DNA of 63,826 bases, filler included, from Pseudobdellovibrionaceae bacterium (GTDB lineage: Bacteria; Bdellovibrionota; Bdellovibrionia; Bdellovibrionales; UBA1609): the NCBI GenBank assembly GCA_030591685.1. It is 5 parts of 5 records of this genome, joined end to end, with 100 filler letters (N's around TTAATTAATTAA, not from the genome) between each part and the next. Parts side by side here need not be neighbours in the genome. Positions count along the whole stretch, not along the records: positions 1 to 28,781 come from JAUVAX010000031.1; 4 more parts are not named here. One strand, written 5' to 3'. Each line of letters begins with the position of its first letter. The first letter of the stretch is position 1. The notes below the pieces were generated by a model, which was not told where the DNA came from, searched no databases, and saw nothing but the letters and a program-made list of their open reading frames with translations. Shown here piece by piece: positions 9,993 through 19,900 of the stretch. The position numbers were made by a program, and so were the translations under genes.

Positions 9993-10586
9993 ATGTCTTT
10001 TATAAACTACAACGCAAAAGAAATTCACTGCAAAATTGTTTACTTTGGCCCCTCTCTGGGTGGGAAAACCACCAACATTCAGTGGGTTTATCATAAAACT
10101 CAAAATAACGAAAAATCTGATATTTTTAGCCTACCAACAGACGTAGAAAGAACTTTATTTTTTGATTTTTTACCTATAGAGATCGGTGACATTAGAGGGT
10201 TTAAAACCCGCTTTCACCTATACACAGTGCCGGGACAAGTCGTTTATGACGCCTCAAGAAAACTTATAATGAAGGGGCTCGATGGAGTTATTTTTGTCGC
10301 TGATTCACAAAAAGAGCGCATGGAGGAAAACCTACAATCTCTCAAAAACCTTGAAACCAACCTGACCCAACACGGGTATGATATCAACGAAATCCCCATG
10401 GTCTTTCAGTACAACAAAAGAGACCTACCGGGCGCGTTGCCAATTAATGAACTCCGTTCTTCGTTAAACAAATATAATGCTCCTGATTTCGAAGGGATTG
10501 CCAGTGATGGCACGGGGGTGTTTGAAAGCCTTAAAACTATCTCAAAATCTATCATTACAGTTCTCAAAGGTGGAGAGCTCACTTAG
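9993..10586 (+). CDS. mglA: Small Ras-like GTPase MglA
   Basis: MSFINY..KEIHCKIVYFGP..GKTTN, RTLFFDFLP, HLYTVPGQV, DGVIFVADS, QYNKRDL. Confidence 0.95.
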   Translation: MSFINYNAKEIHCKIVYFGPSLGGKTTNIQWVYHKTQNNEKSDIFSLPTDVERTLFFDFLPIEIGDIRGFKTRFHLYTVPGQVVYDASRKLIMKGLDGVIFVADSQKERMEENLQSLKNLETNLTQHGYDINEIPMVFQYNKRDLPGALPINELRSSLNKYNAPDFEGIASDGTGVFESLKTISKSIITVLKGGELT

Positions 10587-10695
10587 ACCTTTAAAACACA
10601 GTTTCACACTGATTATTTACCGCAACCCACACTTATAGTCTGTTTTTATCGCCTGAGTCTCTTAGCGCCTAAAAAAATGCACGCGAGTTTAACAA

Positions 10696-11766
10696 CTAAT
10701 TAGACAGACCTTTTTGAATTTCAACCAGGTCCTCTTCACGAACTTGAGAGGAATTTTCTCTATAAATATTGTTTTCATATATGTTTTTAATAGTCAATAA
10801 GTGCCCCAGGTTGCCCTCTTTTACATAATAAGATCTATAGAGTGCTTCTTTAGTTGTCAGGTTTTTTGTAGACTCAGAAGCCACAACAATTGCCGTTTTA
10901 ATAAACGGAAGATTTAAAAGTTCCAGCTTAAAGGACTTCACCTTGTTAAGACCCGCACTCAAAAAACCCTTGTCTGCAGCAACAATTGCCGTGCGGGTTA
11001 CAAAAATATTATTAAGGTTTATTTCTGAAAATTGATCAAGGGCAATATCATAGACACCGATTGTTTTAACTGGGCCGTCTTCTGAAGACGTTTCTTTTAA
11101 AAACATCAAATACTCACGGCCTCGAACGACAAGGCTATCGGCCTCCAAAATTTGTTCAGACTGCCCCTTGATAAACGATTTGAGTTTTAAATCAGAGGCG
11201 TTTAATTTAAACTCATGAACCCTCTTGCCCCCAAAGGTCGCCCATTTTATTTTTTCATCTGAAAAAGAAAACACAGAGGTCTCTTCAACATTAGATACTA
11301 TTTTTTTAACATCTCTATGTGCATAACTAATGTCAGGGGAGTTTGTGCCCCCCTTTTCTAGCCTCCATGTTGCCACAGCAGAGTTCGAGTAGCTTAAAAG
11401 TAGCCCCTCTTTACGGCTAAAGTGAGCCTCGACAACAGACTCAACGGGAAGCCTCAAGGTCCTTTTTTGTGAGCCCTCTAAAGAGTAGTCAAAAAAGATC
11501 ACCTCGTTTAAATTATCCAAATAATTATGAACCTTTATAGTTGATCCACTTACTTCAAAAGCAAATTTAGCCCCAATATTCATTGTTCTAGTGGGCCCCT
11601 CATTAGGCTGGAAAGACTTAGAGTAATCAAATTTTGGCAAAAATAGCTTCGAACACATAAAAGCACTTGAAGACATAACTGTAGGCCCGGCAAAAAGACC
11701 TAGGCTAAAAAAAGTCATAACTAAAAGTACAGTAAATGTTAGCGTGAACTGTTTTAATCGATACAT
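10696..11766 (-). CDS. Secreted hypothetical protein, beta-rich (possible beta-propeller)
   Basis: ATG 11766 after AGAGG RBS, hydrophobic signal peptide; no recognisable motif. Confidence 0.6.
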   Translation of the reverse strand: MYRLKQFTLTFTVLLVMTFFSLGLFAGPTVMSSSAFMCSKLFLPKFDYSKSFQPNEGPTRTMNIGAKFAFEVSGSTIKVHNYLDNLNEVIFFDYSLEGSQKRTLRLPVESVVEAHFSRKEGLLLSYSNSAVATWRLEKGGTNSPDISYAHRDVKKIVSNVEETSVFSFSDEKIKWATFGGKRVHEFKLNASDLKLKSFIKGQSEQILEADSLVVRGREYLMFLKETSSEDGPVKTIGVYDIALDQFSEINLNNIFVTRTAIVAADKGFLSAGLNKVKSFKLELLNLPFIKTAIVVASESTKNLTTKEALYRSYYVKEGNLGHLLTIKNIYENNIYRENSSQVREEDLVEIQKGLSN

Positions 11767-11947
11767 TAAGAAAACCTCTCTTAACAGACTAATTAGCAGA
11801 ATACGTGCCACCATGAGCCCTCTCAAGACGCCCTTGAGCCCAAAAAAGTGAATAATCTTTTGATATTAGCGCTTTTTGTCTCTCCATCTGAAGAGTTCTG
11901 GGGTGTGACTTTTCAGGGGAAATGACCGCTTTAGTGTCTGCTTTAAT

Positions 11948-12042
11948 GCGACTCCTCGCTAAATCGCAGACTCTCAAGACTAGAGCACTCCTGAACAGAG
12001 TGAGTTAAGATTTTTTGGCTCTCCTTAAAGGCGAGGAGTTGC
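11948..12042 (+). promoter_or_regulatory. Candidate multi-stem structured leader RNA upstream of nadA
   Basis: 13-bp closing stem 11948-11960/12030-12042 (with G-U pairs) enclosing three hairpins; see findings. Confidence 0.4.
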
Positions 12043-12085
12043 CTATTAGCAGCTCTTGCTGGTATATACGAAAAAGGAGTTATTT

Positions 12086-13066
12086 ATGGGACTGACGGAT
12101 ACTAAGAAAAATTTAATTCAAGAGATTAACGATCTTAAAAGTACACGCAATGCTGTTATACTTTCTCATTTTTATGAGGACGGTGACATCCAAGACATCG
12201 CTGATCACGTTGGAGACAGTCTTTACTTAGCCCAAGTTGGCGAACAGTCACAGGCCCCCGTAGTGCTTTTAGCTGGAGTCGTATTTATGGCCGAAAGTGT
12301 TAAAATTTTATCTCCCAATAAAACTGTCCTGGTTCCTGATTTAAATGCCGGCTGCTCACTTGTTGACAGCTCCCCTTACGATCAATACCTCGCATGGAGA
12401 AAAGAGTACCCTCGCGGCATTTCTATGACATACATTAACTGCAGTGCTGAAGTTAAGGGGCTCTCTGACGTCATATGTACTTCGAGTAACGCTGAAAAAA
12501 TAGTAAATGCCATACCAAAAGATCGGCCCATTTTATTTGGCCCCGATAAAAACCTAGGTCGATATTTATCAAAAAAGTTAAATCGTAAAATGCACATTTG
12601 GCCCGGCACCTGTGAAGTACATGTGCTGTTTTCTGCAAAAAAACTTTTTGAATTAACTTCGGAGCACCCTGATGCTGTTGTCATTGCTCACCCTGAGTGC
12701 CCTGAAAATATTTTAGAATATGCCGATGTGGTCGGCTCCACCTCAAGATTATTAAAAGAAGTTCAAGAAAACCCGGCCCGTAAATTTATTGTGGCCACAG
12801 AAGACGGCATCCTACACCAAATGAAAAAGGCTCGCCCCGAGGCCACCCTTATTCAGGCCCCTGCTGAAGGAGGCTGTGCCTGTAACCAATGCCCCTATAT
12901 GAAACTCAATACTCTAGAAAAAATTAAATCGGCGCTTCAAACGCTGAGCCCTGAGGTCATACTTAATGAGGCCTTAATTCAAAAAGCAAAGACGCCTCTT
13001 AACCGAATGATGGCCATCACTAACGGGCAGCCCGTTGACTGGCCTGACTCGTTTTTACTCAAGTGA
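12086..13066 (+). CDS. nadA: Quinolinate synthase
   Basis: ILSHFYE, ADHVGDSL.L, GVVFMAES, AGCSL, YINCSAEVK, CTSSNA, FGPDKNLG, C.VH, AHPEC, CPYMK; AAGGAG RBS before ATG 12086. Confidence 0.96.
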   Translation: MGLTDTKKNLIQEINDLKSTRNAVILSHFYEDGDIQDIADHVGDSLYLAQVGEQSQAPVVLLAGVVFMAESVKILSPNKTVLVPDLNAGCSLVDSSPYDQYLAWRKEYPRGISMTYINCSAEVKGLSDVICTSSNAEKIVNAIPKDRPILFGPDKNLGRYLSKKLNRKMHIWPGTCEVHVLFSAKKLFELTSEHPDAVVIAHPECPENILEYADVVGSTSRLLKEVQENPARKFIVATEDGILHQMKKARPEATLIQAPAEGGCACNQCPYMKLNTLEKIKSALQTLSPEVILNEALIQKAKTPLNRMMAITNGQPVDWPDSFLLK

Positions 13067-13169
13067 TCGGTCACTTTTCAGTACTGCAACGCGTTTGAAT
13101 ATAGTGAGAAATGAAGGTCGTAATAAGTATTTTAGGTGTGGTGCGGTACTAAAAAGTGACCTATCACTT
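13061..13169. repeat. REPIN/MITE-like element: 28-bp imperfect terminal inverted repeats
   Basis: 13061-13088 matches the reverse complement of 13142-13169 at 25/28; each arm has an AAGTGA-N4-TCACTT palindrome. Confidence 0.75.
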
Positions 13170-13202
13170 TGCTTCTTAGGACATGGGCGCATATAAAAAA
13201 CC

Positions 13203-14714
13203 ATGCAAGAAACAAGTTACTTTCATGACCCTATACATGGTCACATTCATTTAAGCCCGCTTGAAAGGGCGGCTGTAGATACGATTGAGTTTCAACGGCT
13301 TCGTTTTATTCGGCAAAACTCCCTTTTGCATTATGTCTTTCCGGGAGCGTTTCATACACGATTTGCGCACTCCATAGGTGTTTGCCACAATGCTTATAGG
13401 CTTTTAAAACAGCTCTTCCCCTGGCAGAGAGACCAGTACAGTAACTATGTCATGCAGGTCACTCGACTAGCGAGCTTATTACACGATGTTGGTCACGGAG
13501 CATTTTCACACATGCTCCCTCATGTTAATGTTTCAGGCTCTTCCTTTTTACCAACACTTAAAATGGTTTTAAATAAACCTACTCTTTGGAACCTATCCTC
13601 AACTAACGATGACCCCATCACTCAAGGACTAAAAGAGCACTTCAAAGGCTCAGAGGGCAGCCCCATTGAGCACGAGGCCCTCTCTGTACTCATTATTAAA
13701 CGAATATTTCACCTGTTAGCAAATGGCAACGCTAAGCACTCTGGACAAGATTTATTACTTGGGGTTTCAGCACATACTTGGGCACAAGATGTTTCATCGA
13801 TGCTTATTGGCTCCATCCCAGTGACTAACCATTTTTTAACCTGTGCCGAAGCGCTTGTTGGCGACAAACTTAAAACCCTACCTCGCCTTGATGAGGAGAG
13901 TGCCACTTTAAATAATATTGGCCCCGACTTAAAAATAATACTCTCTAGCCTGGTTACCGGAACCATAGATGCCGATCGGATGGATTATTTAATGAGGGAC
14001 TGCCAAAGTTGTGGGGTAAATTATGGAGTGTTCGATGATGTGGGCCTTATCTCAGCCCTCAGTATTGTCTGCGAAAAGAGTCACCTTAAACTGGGTCTTA
14101 ATGCTAAACGCACAAACACACTCGACGACTACTTGTGGAGTCGATACCAAATGTTTAAGCAAATTTACTGTCATAAAACTCATAATGCCTACAATGTACT
14201 TTTAGAACTCGCCATGAACGACCTGGCTGCGGACAATAAAATTAAACCCCCTCAATCTTTAGACGATTACCTTAAGCTTACAGATGACTATATAATGTCT
14301 CGCGTTTTTGAATACGCTCAAAGCAACCCACAGGGACACTCTTGGGCGCAGTCTTTTGCCAAAAGAAAGCTACCAAAACTATTGGGCGTTCATGAGGCTG
14401 CTATTGATGACCCTATATGGGCCCTTGATCCAAAGGAGATTTACAAAGCCTCTGACTTTGACCACTACCCTGGGTGGCAAGGAGATCCCTTTTTTATTAC
14501 GACCACACAAAAAGCCGAGGTTATTCGGCGCAATAAAGAAGCCCAAACACTGCCCGTAATATACTATTTTAACAAACACCAGAATAAGTACACCAAGGGC
14601 AGCTACTTACAACAAAGTGTCTTTTTCAATTCAGAGCTAAAGCCCAACTTAAGGTTAGCGGAGTTAAGTAGTCGCCTTAACAAAAGGCTTCTCTATTTTT
14701 TTAAACTCCAATGA
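13203..14714 (+). CDS. HD-domain phosphohydrolase (SAMHD1/dNTP triphosphohydrolase-like)
   Basis: DPIHGHI, FQRLRFIRQ, FPGAFHTRFAHSIG, LLHDVGH, IDADRMDYLMRD, RYQMFKQIYCH. Confidence 0.88.
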   Translation: MQETSYFHDPIHGHIHLSPLERAAVDTIEFQRLRFIRQNSLLHYVFPGAFHTRFAHSIGVCHNAYRLLKQLFPWQRDQYSNYVMQVTRLASLLHDVGHGAFSHMLPHVNVSGSSFLPTLKMVLNKPTLWNLSSTNDDPITQGLKEHFKGSEGSPIEHEALSVLIIKRIFHLLANGNAKHSGQDLLLGVSAHTWAQDVSSMLIGSIPVTNHFLTCAEALVGDKLKTLPRLDEESATLNNIGPDLKIILSSLVTGTIDADRMDYLMRDCQSCGVNYGVFDDVGLISALSIVCEKSHLKLGLNAKRTNTLDDYLWSRYQMFKQIYCHKTHNAYNVLLELAMNDLAADNKIKPPQSLDDYLKLTDDYIMSRVFEYAQSNPQGHSWAQSFAKRKLPKLLGVHEAAIDDPIWALDPKEIYKASDFDHYPGWQGDPFFITTTQKAEVIRRNKEAQTLPVIYYFNKHQNKYTKGSYLQQSVFFNSELKPNLRLAELSSRLNKRLLYFFKLQ

Positions 14715-15301
14715 TACAAATTGAAAGCTATTTAAAAAACGAATTTTCACTAGATTATTTTTATTTGAGATTATTAAAATTTAGTGACTCTAATAAAGAT
14801 AAAAACAGACTCTCCCTAAGGGAGCACCTCGCCCTCACCATTCAAAAAGAGCTCCCTGACATTACCTTTAACAAAGGGTCTTTACTCGATTTAAGTGCAC
14901 GCCCCCAGTTAAGTGGCATCAATGTTAGCATTAGCCACACGCAAACCCATGGCCTGTTTGCTATTACCCCTAGTGACATTGTTGTGGGTGTCGATATAGA
15001 GCAAGAAGATCGAGTCACCAAAAACATTGTTCAGCGCGTGTCCCATGAGTCTGAACAAATCACGAATCACCCTGCCTCTATTTGGGTCTTAAAGGAGGCC
15101 GGGTTTAAGGCCTTAAGTGCGAAGTACAACTTAAATACGATTTCTGAGCTCAGAGTATTAAACCTTAAATCTATAAAGAGCCCCACACACCAAAGAGGCA
15201 ACATTTATTGTAAGTCATTAATATCACACGATCACCTTGCTAGTGCTTGGGATTTTGGGCGTCTCAAATTAGGAATCTTATTACTTCGCCCTCAACTTTA
15301 G
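14711..15301 (+). CDS. 4'-phosphopantetheinyl transferase superfamily protein
   Basis: SISHT, VGVDIE, WVLKEAGFKA motifs; ATGA overlap with the HD gene. Confidence 0.85.
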   Translation: MIQIESYLKNEFSLDYFYLRLLKFSDSNKDKNRLSLREHLALTIQKELPDITFNKGSLLDLSARPQLSGINVSISHTQTHGLFAITPSDIVVGVDIEQEDRVTKNIVQRVSHESEQITNHPASIWVLKEAGFKALSAKYNLNTISELRVLNLKSIKSPTHQRGNIYCKSLISHDHLASAWDFGRLKLGILLLRPQL

Positions 15302-15318
15302 TCCTGTTTTGCCGATCT
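15292..15318 (+). promoter_or_regulatory. Sigma28 (FliA)-like promoter
   Basis: TCAA-N15-GCCGATCT about 30 bp upstream of ATG 15349. Confidence 0.5.
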
Positions 15319-15348
15319 GTAATACATAACTTAACATGGACTAAAATT

Positions 15349-15744
15349 ATGAATCACAGAAATAAAAAGAGAAAGTACTTAAACACTATAAAATTTGAAG
15401 AATTTACGGTGCTGAATAATTATAAAGTCATCATCGATAGTGGGTATATTGTAGATGCCTCTGTTGATGGTTTTAGAATTGAGCTGGACCGAAGCTCTCT
15501 TAAAGAAGAGGCCTTAAAAAACAACCTCTCTTTAGATAGTTTATTGGGTGCCCATATTGCCATTTTCTTACCACAAATGGCCATGGACCTAGATGGCTTT
15601 GTTATGCGCACCTCACATAATGGCAACGGTAATTTTTCAATGTATATTGAGTTTTCCTCAGATGTGCCGGAGTACTGGAGAGATTGCCTCATCGACCTCC
15701 TCCCCACCGATGAAGACTTAGAGGACATGTCTTTTGCATCATAA
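15349..15744 (+). CDS. Stand-alone PilZ-domain protein
   Basis: RxxxR (RNKKR) and DxSxxG (DASVDG) motifs, then beta-barrel pattern. Confidence 0.7.
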   Translation: MNHRNKKRKYLNTIKFEEFTVLNNYKVIIDSGYIVDASVDGFRIELDRSSLKEEALKNNLSLDSLLGAHIAIFLPQMAMDLDGFVMRTSHNGNGNFSMYIEFSSDVPEYWRDCLIDLLPTDEDLEDMSFAS

Positions 15745-16050
15745 GTGACGCATTTACATACCACCTAAAATTTCATCACACGTAAAAGAATATTGAACTT
15801 TCATGCCCGCACGGGCATACAGCAATTTTAATAAGCCCATAATTTTGATAGAACAACTAAAGAGCCTGACTATAATTTCAAGAGGTTACGTCCACTAGCT
15901 ATAATATATCCTTATATACAACCTAAAAATATCCTGAAATTTTAACAATACTAGTGGTGTCAAATAGGACTGGCATAAATCTTGATTATACCCCCCTTGA
16001 GTGGTGCTAGAATGCACCGCTTTTAAAAATGACATCCAAAGGGGGATACA

Positions 16051-16938
16051 TTGGGCCAAGCGGGGAGCAAATCGCGAGTAACACTTGAGGGAGTGTTGCT
16101 CGCGCTATTAATAAATGTTTTTTCTGCCAGCGTGATGGCTGCAAATCAATCTGTCCTTTCAAATACGGCGAGCACAAACAAACAATCAATACCAAAAAAT
16201 AAAAAAAGTAAAACCAGCACTGTTGAGTTTATTTCCTCAATGCTCACCTCTACAAACATGTACAAACCCTCAAGTCTTGATCATTTCATTTCGCTTGATC
16301 TTTCTTTAACTGGACGCTTTGCGCTTAACAAGCTCTATAAATTATCCACTTCAGTAAATGTAAATCATGATTTAAAGTTAAACCGGTCGACATCGCTTTT
16401 AGACACACCCGTTGTACTCTCTAGACAACCTATAAAATTAAAGGGGTCTAAGTTTTCTCCAAGATATATACTGACTCTGCCGACAAATGAGCTCAATAGA
16501 ATAAATAATACCTTTAGATGTTCACTAGCTGCTGGCGGCACACTTAGCACTACTGTTACAGTAGCTAATTTTAGTTTTGATGCCTCATACACTCTCACCG
16601 CAAAAAAGAACTTTCATCAATTTAAGCGAAACAACACAAATTCGCCTAATAAAGAGTATTCATTAGGCAACACCGTAAGCTTGAGTAAAGCATTAAAGAT
16701 CTTTAGCTTTAGTATTTCGGCAAGCTACGCAAATAGTTGGGACTACTTTAATAATATTACTCCTGTGTTCTCTGTTTCAGAAAGTATTGATTATCAAATT
16801 AACAAGAATACTTCTCTAAGCTTTGGTCATGCAAATTCAGGGGGCGCCTTAGATTATGATGGCGTTACAAATAATATTGAAGTTTTTAATAAAAAAAGCT
16901 CACAAGTATTTGTTGGATTAACTATTTTAAATAAGTAA
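16051..16938 (+). CDS. Secreted/outer-membrane beta-barrel hypothetical protein
   Basis: Signal peptide, alternating beta-strand pattern; co-transcribed with downstream metalloprotease; sigma54-like TGGCATAAATCTTGAT at 15971-15986. Confidence 0.6.
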   Translation: MGQAGSKSRVTLEGVLLALLINVFSASVMAANQSVLSNTASTNKQSIPKNKKSKTSTVEFISSMLTSTNMYKPSSLDHFISLDLSLTGRFALNKLYKLSTSVNVNHDLKLNRSTSLLDTPVVLSRQPIKLKGSKFSPRYILTLPTNELNRINNTFRCSLAAGGTLSTTVTVANFSFDASYTLTAKKNFHQFKRNNTNSPNKEYSLGNTVSLSKALKIFSFSISASYANSWDYFNNITPVFSVSESIDYQINKNTSLSFGHANSGGALDYDGVTNNIEVFNKKSSQVFVGLTILNK

Positions 16939-16955
16939 AAAAAACGGGGGTTAAA

Positions 16956-19900
16956 ATGAGAGTAGCACTAAAACTAAGCCTGATGATATCAATGGTTATC
17001 ATCACCGCATGCACACAGGAAAAGGCCTTTAAGGAGGTTGATAATAAAAAGCACGACATCAATGCGGGCTCTATAAAGGCCGATATAATTGTGGATGATT
17101 CCGTTGTTGCCTCCGGTGTTGACCACATGATGATGGTTTCAAATGTGGGCGGAGACATGAATTCTCCGGCAATTGCCTTTGAAATTGGAGACCCCATGAA
17201 GGTACGCCTTGTTATGGAAAAGGAAGGCGCTTTGAGCGTTTATAAAATACCAAGGAATGACACTGGCAATATACAAAATAGAAAACTTATTGTCTCCATA
17301 CCTATTGAAAATATAGATTACAAATGTTCTGAAGATGCTTTTGGAAAATGTACAAATAGCGAAGAAATCGATAACGAGAAACTTTGGTATGAAAAGAAAT
17401 TCTTTAAGCCAAAATTTGAAAGTGCTGAAACAAACGCTGTTGTTGGCATGTCCATAGACTATATGAATTTTTCTAGAAATTGCTTTACTGAACAAAGCTC
17501 AAAGCTTGTCACCTATAAACTTGAAGAGGGCGCTCTGAACTTTATACTTGAGAAAAGCTATAAAACCTCAGCAAGCTGCTTGAGTACCATTAAGGCTCGA
17601 GAGTTTACGGATCTGAATTTTTCAGTTCGCCAGCATTACTCCATCGTAGAGTCTCAGCTTCTTAAAAGCCCTAATTATGTAAAAAAACCCTACCAGTTAG
17701 TACCGACTGAAAGTGGCAGTGTTGAGTTTGGATTTTTTAAAACTATCATTGACAAACTTGACCCCTCAAACAGACGACTACAAGGTCAGACCGAACAGCT
17801 TATAAACCGCTGGGACCCTAGCAAGACATCCGTCACCTATTACCTCTCCCCGGCCTTTGAAAAGCCAGAGAATAAAGCCATCAAAGAGGCCACAGTACAT
17901 GCTGTAAAGGTTATTAACAACTCACTTGAAAAAGCACAGGCAAAGCTTCGAATTGACCTCAAAAGCTCTGACTCTACCAAAATGATCGGAGACATTAGAA
18001 ACAACTATATAATTATGGTTGAGGACCCTATTTCAAGGGGGCTTCTTGGATATGGCCCCAGTATTACTGACCCAGATACTGGCGAAATTTTAAGTGCTCG
18101 AACAGTGATGTACAAAGGTATTATGAAAATGACCGTACGATCGGCATATAATGATATCGTTGAAATGGCTAAAAAAAATGTTCAAGCCGAAAAAAACAAG
18201 GGTCTACTTGTTGCACTGAGCAATGAGGGCAGCAACGGTAATAGTTCACGTGCTTTGCCTCTTGATATGTTCAAGTCTTTACTCAGCACAAACCCAAGTG
18301 CTGTAACTATAAACCCAACAGATGAACAAACATCAATGCAATATAAAAATAATGTTCTTGAAGCTGTGAAAATAAAGCGGCCCCTTGATGATTTATTTTT
18401 AGACAGGTCCCTGGATGCCTCAAAAGCTAGTGTTTTTTCAAAAATACTGCACTCAACACTCACTCCAGATGAGTTGCTCCTTGAACAGGATTATTTAACA
18501 GCTAAAAACTTTTACCCTACAGGGCTTGTGAATTTTCATGGTGATGTAGAGAAAAAACTTCAACTTATCGCTCAAAAGTTTCAGTTGCGATCTTGGAGCC
18601 ACTTGGCTCTTAAGGAGCAAGAGGAAATTATAAATACACTCTTGCCTGTTCTCTGGGTACCTACACTTGTTCACGAGCTGGGTCATAATTTGGGCTTGAG
18701 ACATAATTTCTCAGGGTCTGTTGATAAAAATAATTTTTACACTCTGCCAGAACTGGGTGAAATGAACATTGAAAGACCTATCGATTATAGCTCCATAATG
18801 GACTACGCCTTTGGTACCACTAATGAGTTACCGATCATGGGCAAGTATGACATCGCCGCGATGAGCTTTGCTTATGGGTACGCTACTGTTACCGAAGTCG
18901 TCGATGGAAAAAGTACAAACGTTGAGTACAACGGACTTGTTCAGTTTACTAAAAACGTAACAAACGACGAGGGTTCTCTAGTAGTACTTACTGAGTATGC
19001 TCCCTTACAAAACCCTGCTGAGGCTCAAAAACTTATCTCTCAGGGCTATAGTGTTAGAAATTATGAGTTTTGCACTGATGAGCACGTAAGTCTTAACCCC
19101 AATTGCAACCGATTTGATGAGGGAACAAACCTTATTGAAATCGCAAAGCATTACACGAAAAGCTATGAAGATAACTATAAAAGGTTAAATCTAAGAAATG
19201 CTCGAGAGAGCTTTGATAATATCTCAGGCAGTGTTGGTTATATTATGTACATCGAGCGCATGTTTCGAAACATGAGGTTGAATTTTGAAAGATATGAGAC
19301 CATCTCGAACATCCCTGATTACTCACCCGAGAAATCTGTATGGAATGAAAATGCTTTTTTAATAGAGCTCAAGCAGGCCGCCATACTCTCTGGTCAGTTT
19401 TTTCTAGATGTTCTTAAAACTCCAGATGCTCTTTGCCGAATTTCGGCGGCCAGTGCACCTGCAGAGAGTCTTGGGCTTTACCCCCTCGCCTCGTTCGGAG
19501 ATTCATTTGCACACTGCGGTCAGTTAGAGCTCGTCCCAGGATATGTGATTACAGGTCAAGCCGGGAAGTCCTTTAAAGACCGAAGATACTATAAAAACCC
19601 GAGCGCATATGTGGGGGAAATAGATGCCCGGGGTGTTTGGGTGGATAAATTACTTGCTGCAAAGTATTTATTTGGCCGACAAATGAGTTTTTTACCGAAC
19701 GATAAAAATTATCAAAACTACTTAAGCCTCCCAGAGCTTAAGGGCGAAATATTGCTTACAACTTCAGAGCTTATGAAGGATCAACTGTTTGCGAACGTAA
19801 CGGTAAAAACAGACCCTGTATTTACCTCGCACCCTTCTTTAAGTTTAGGTGAGGACATCTTAATGCAATGGTCATTTACTTTAAACCAAAACAATAGCCA

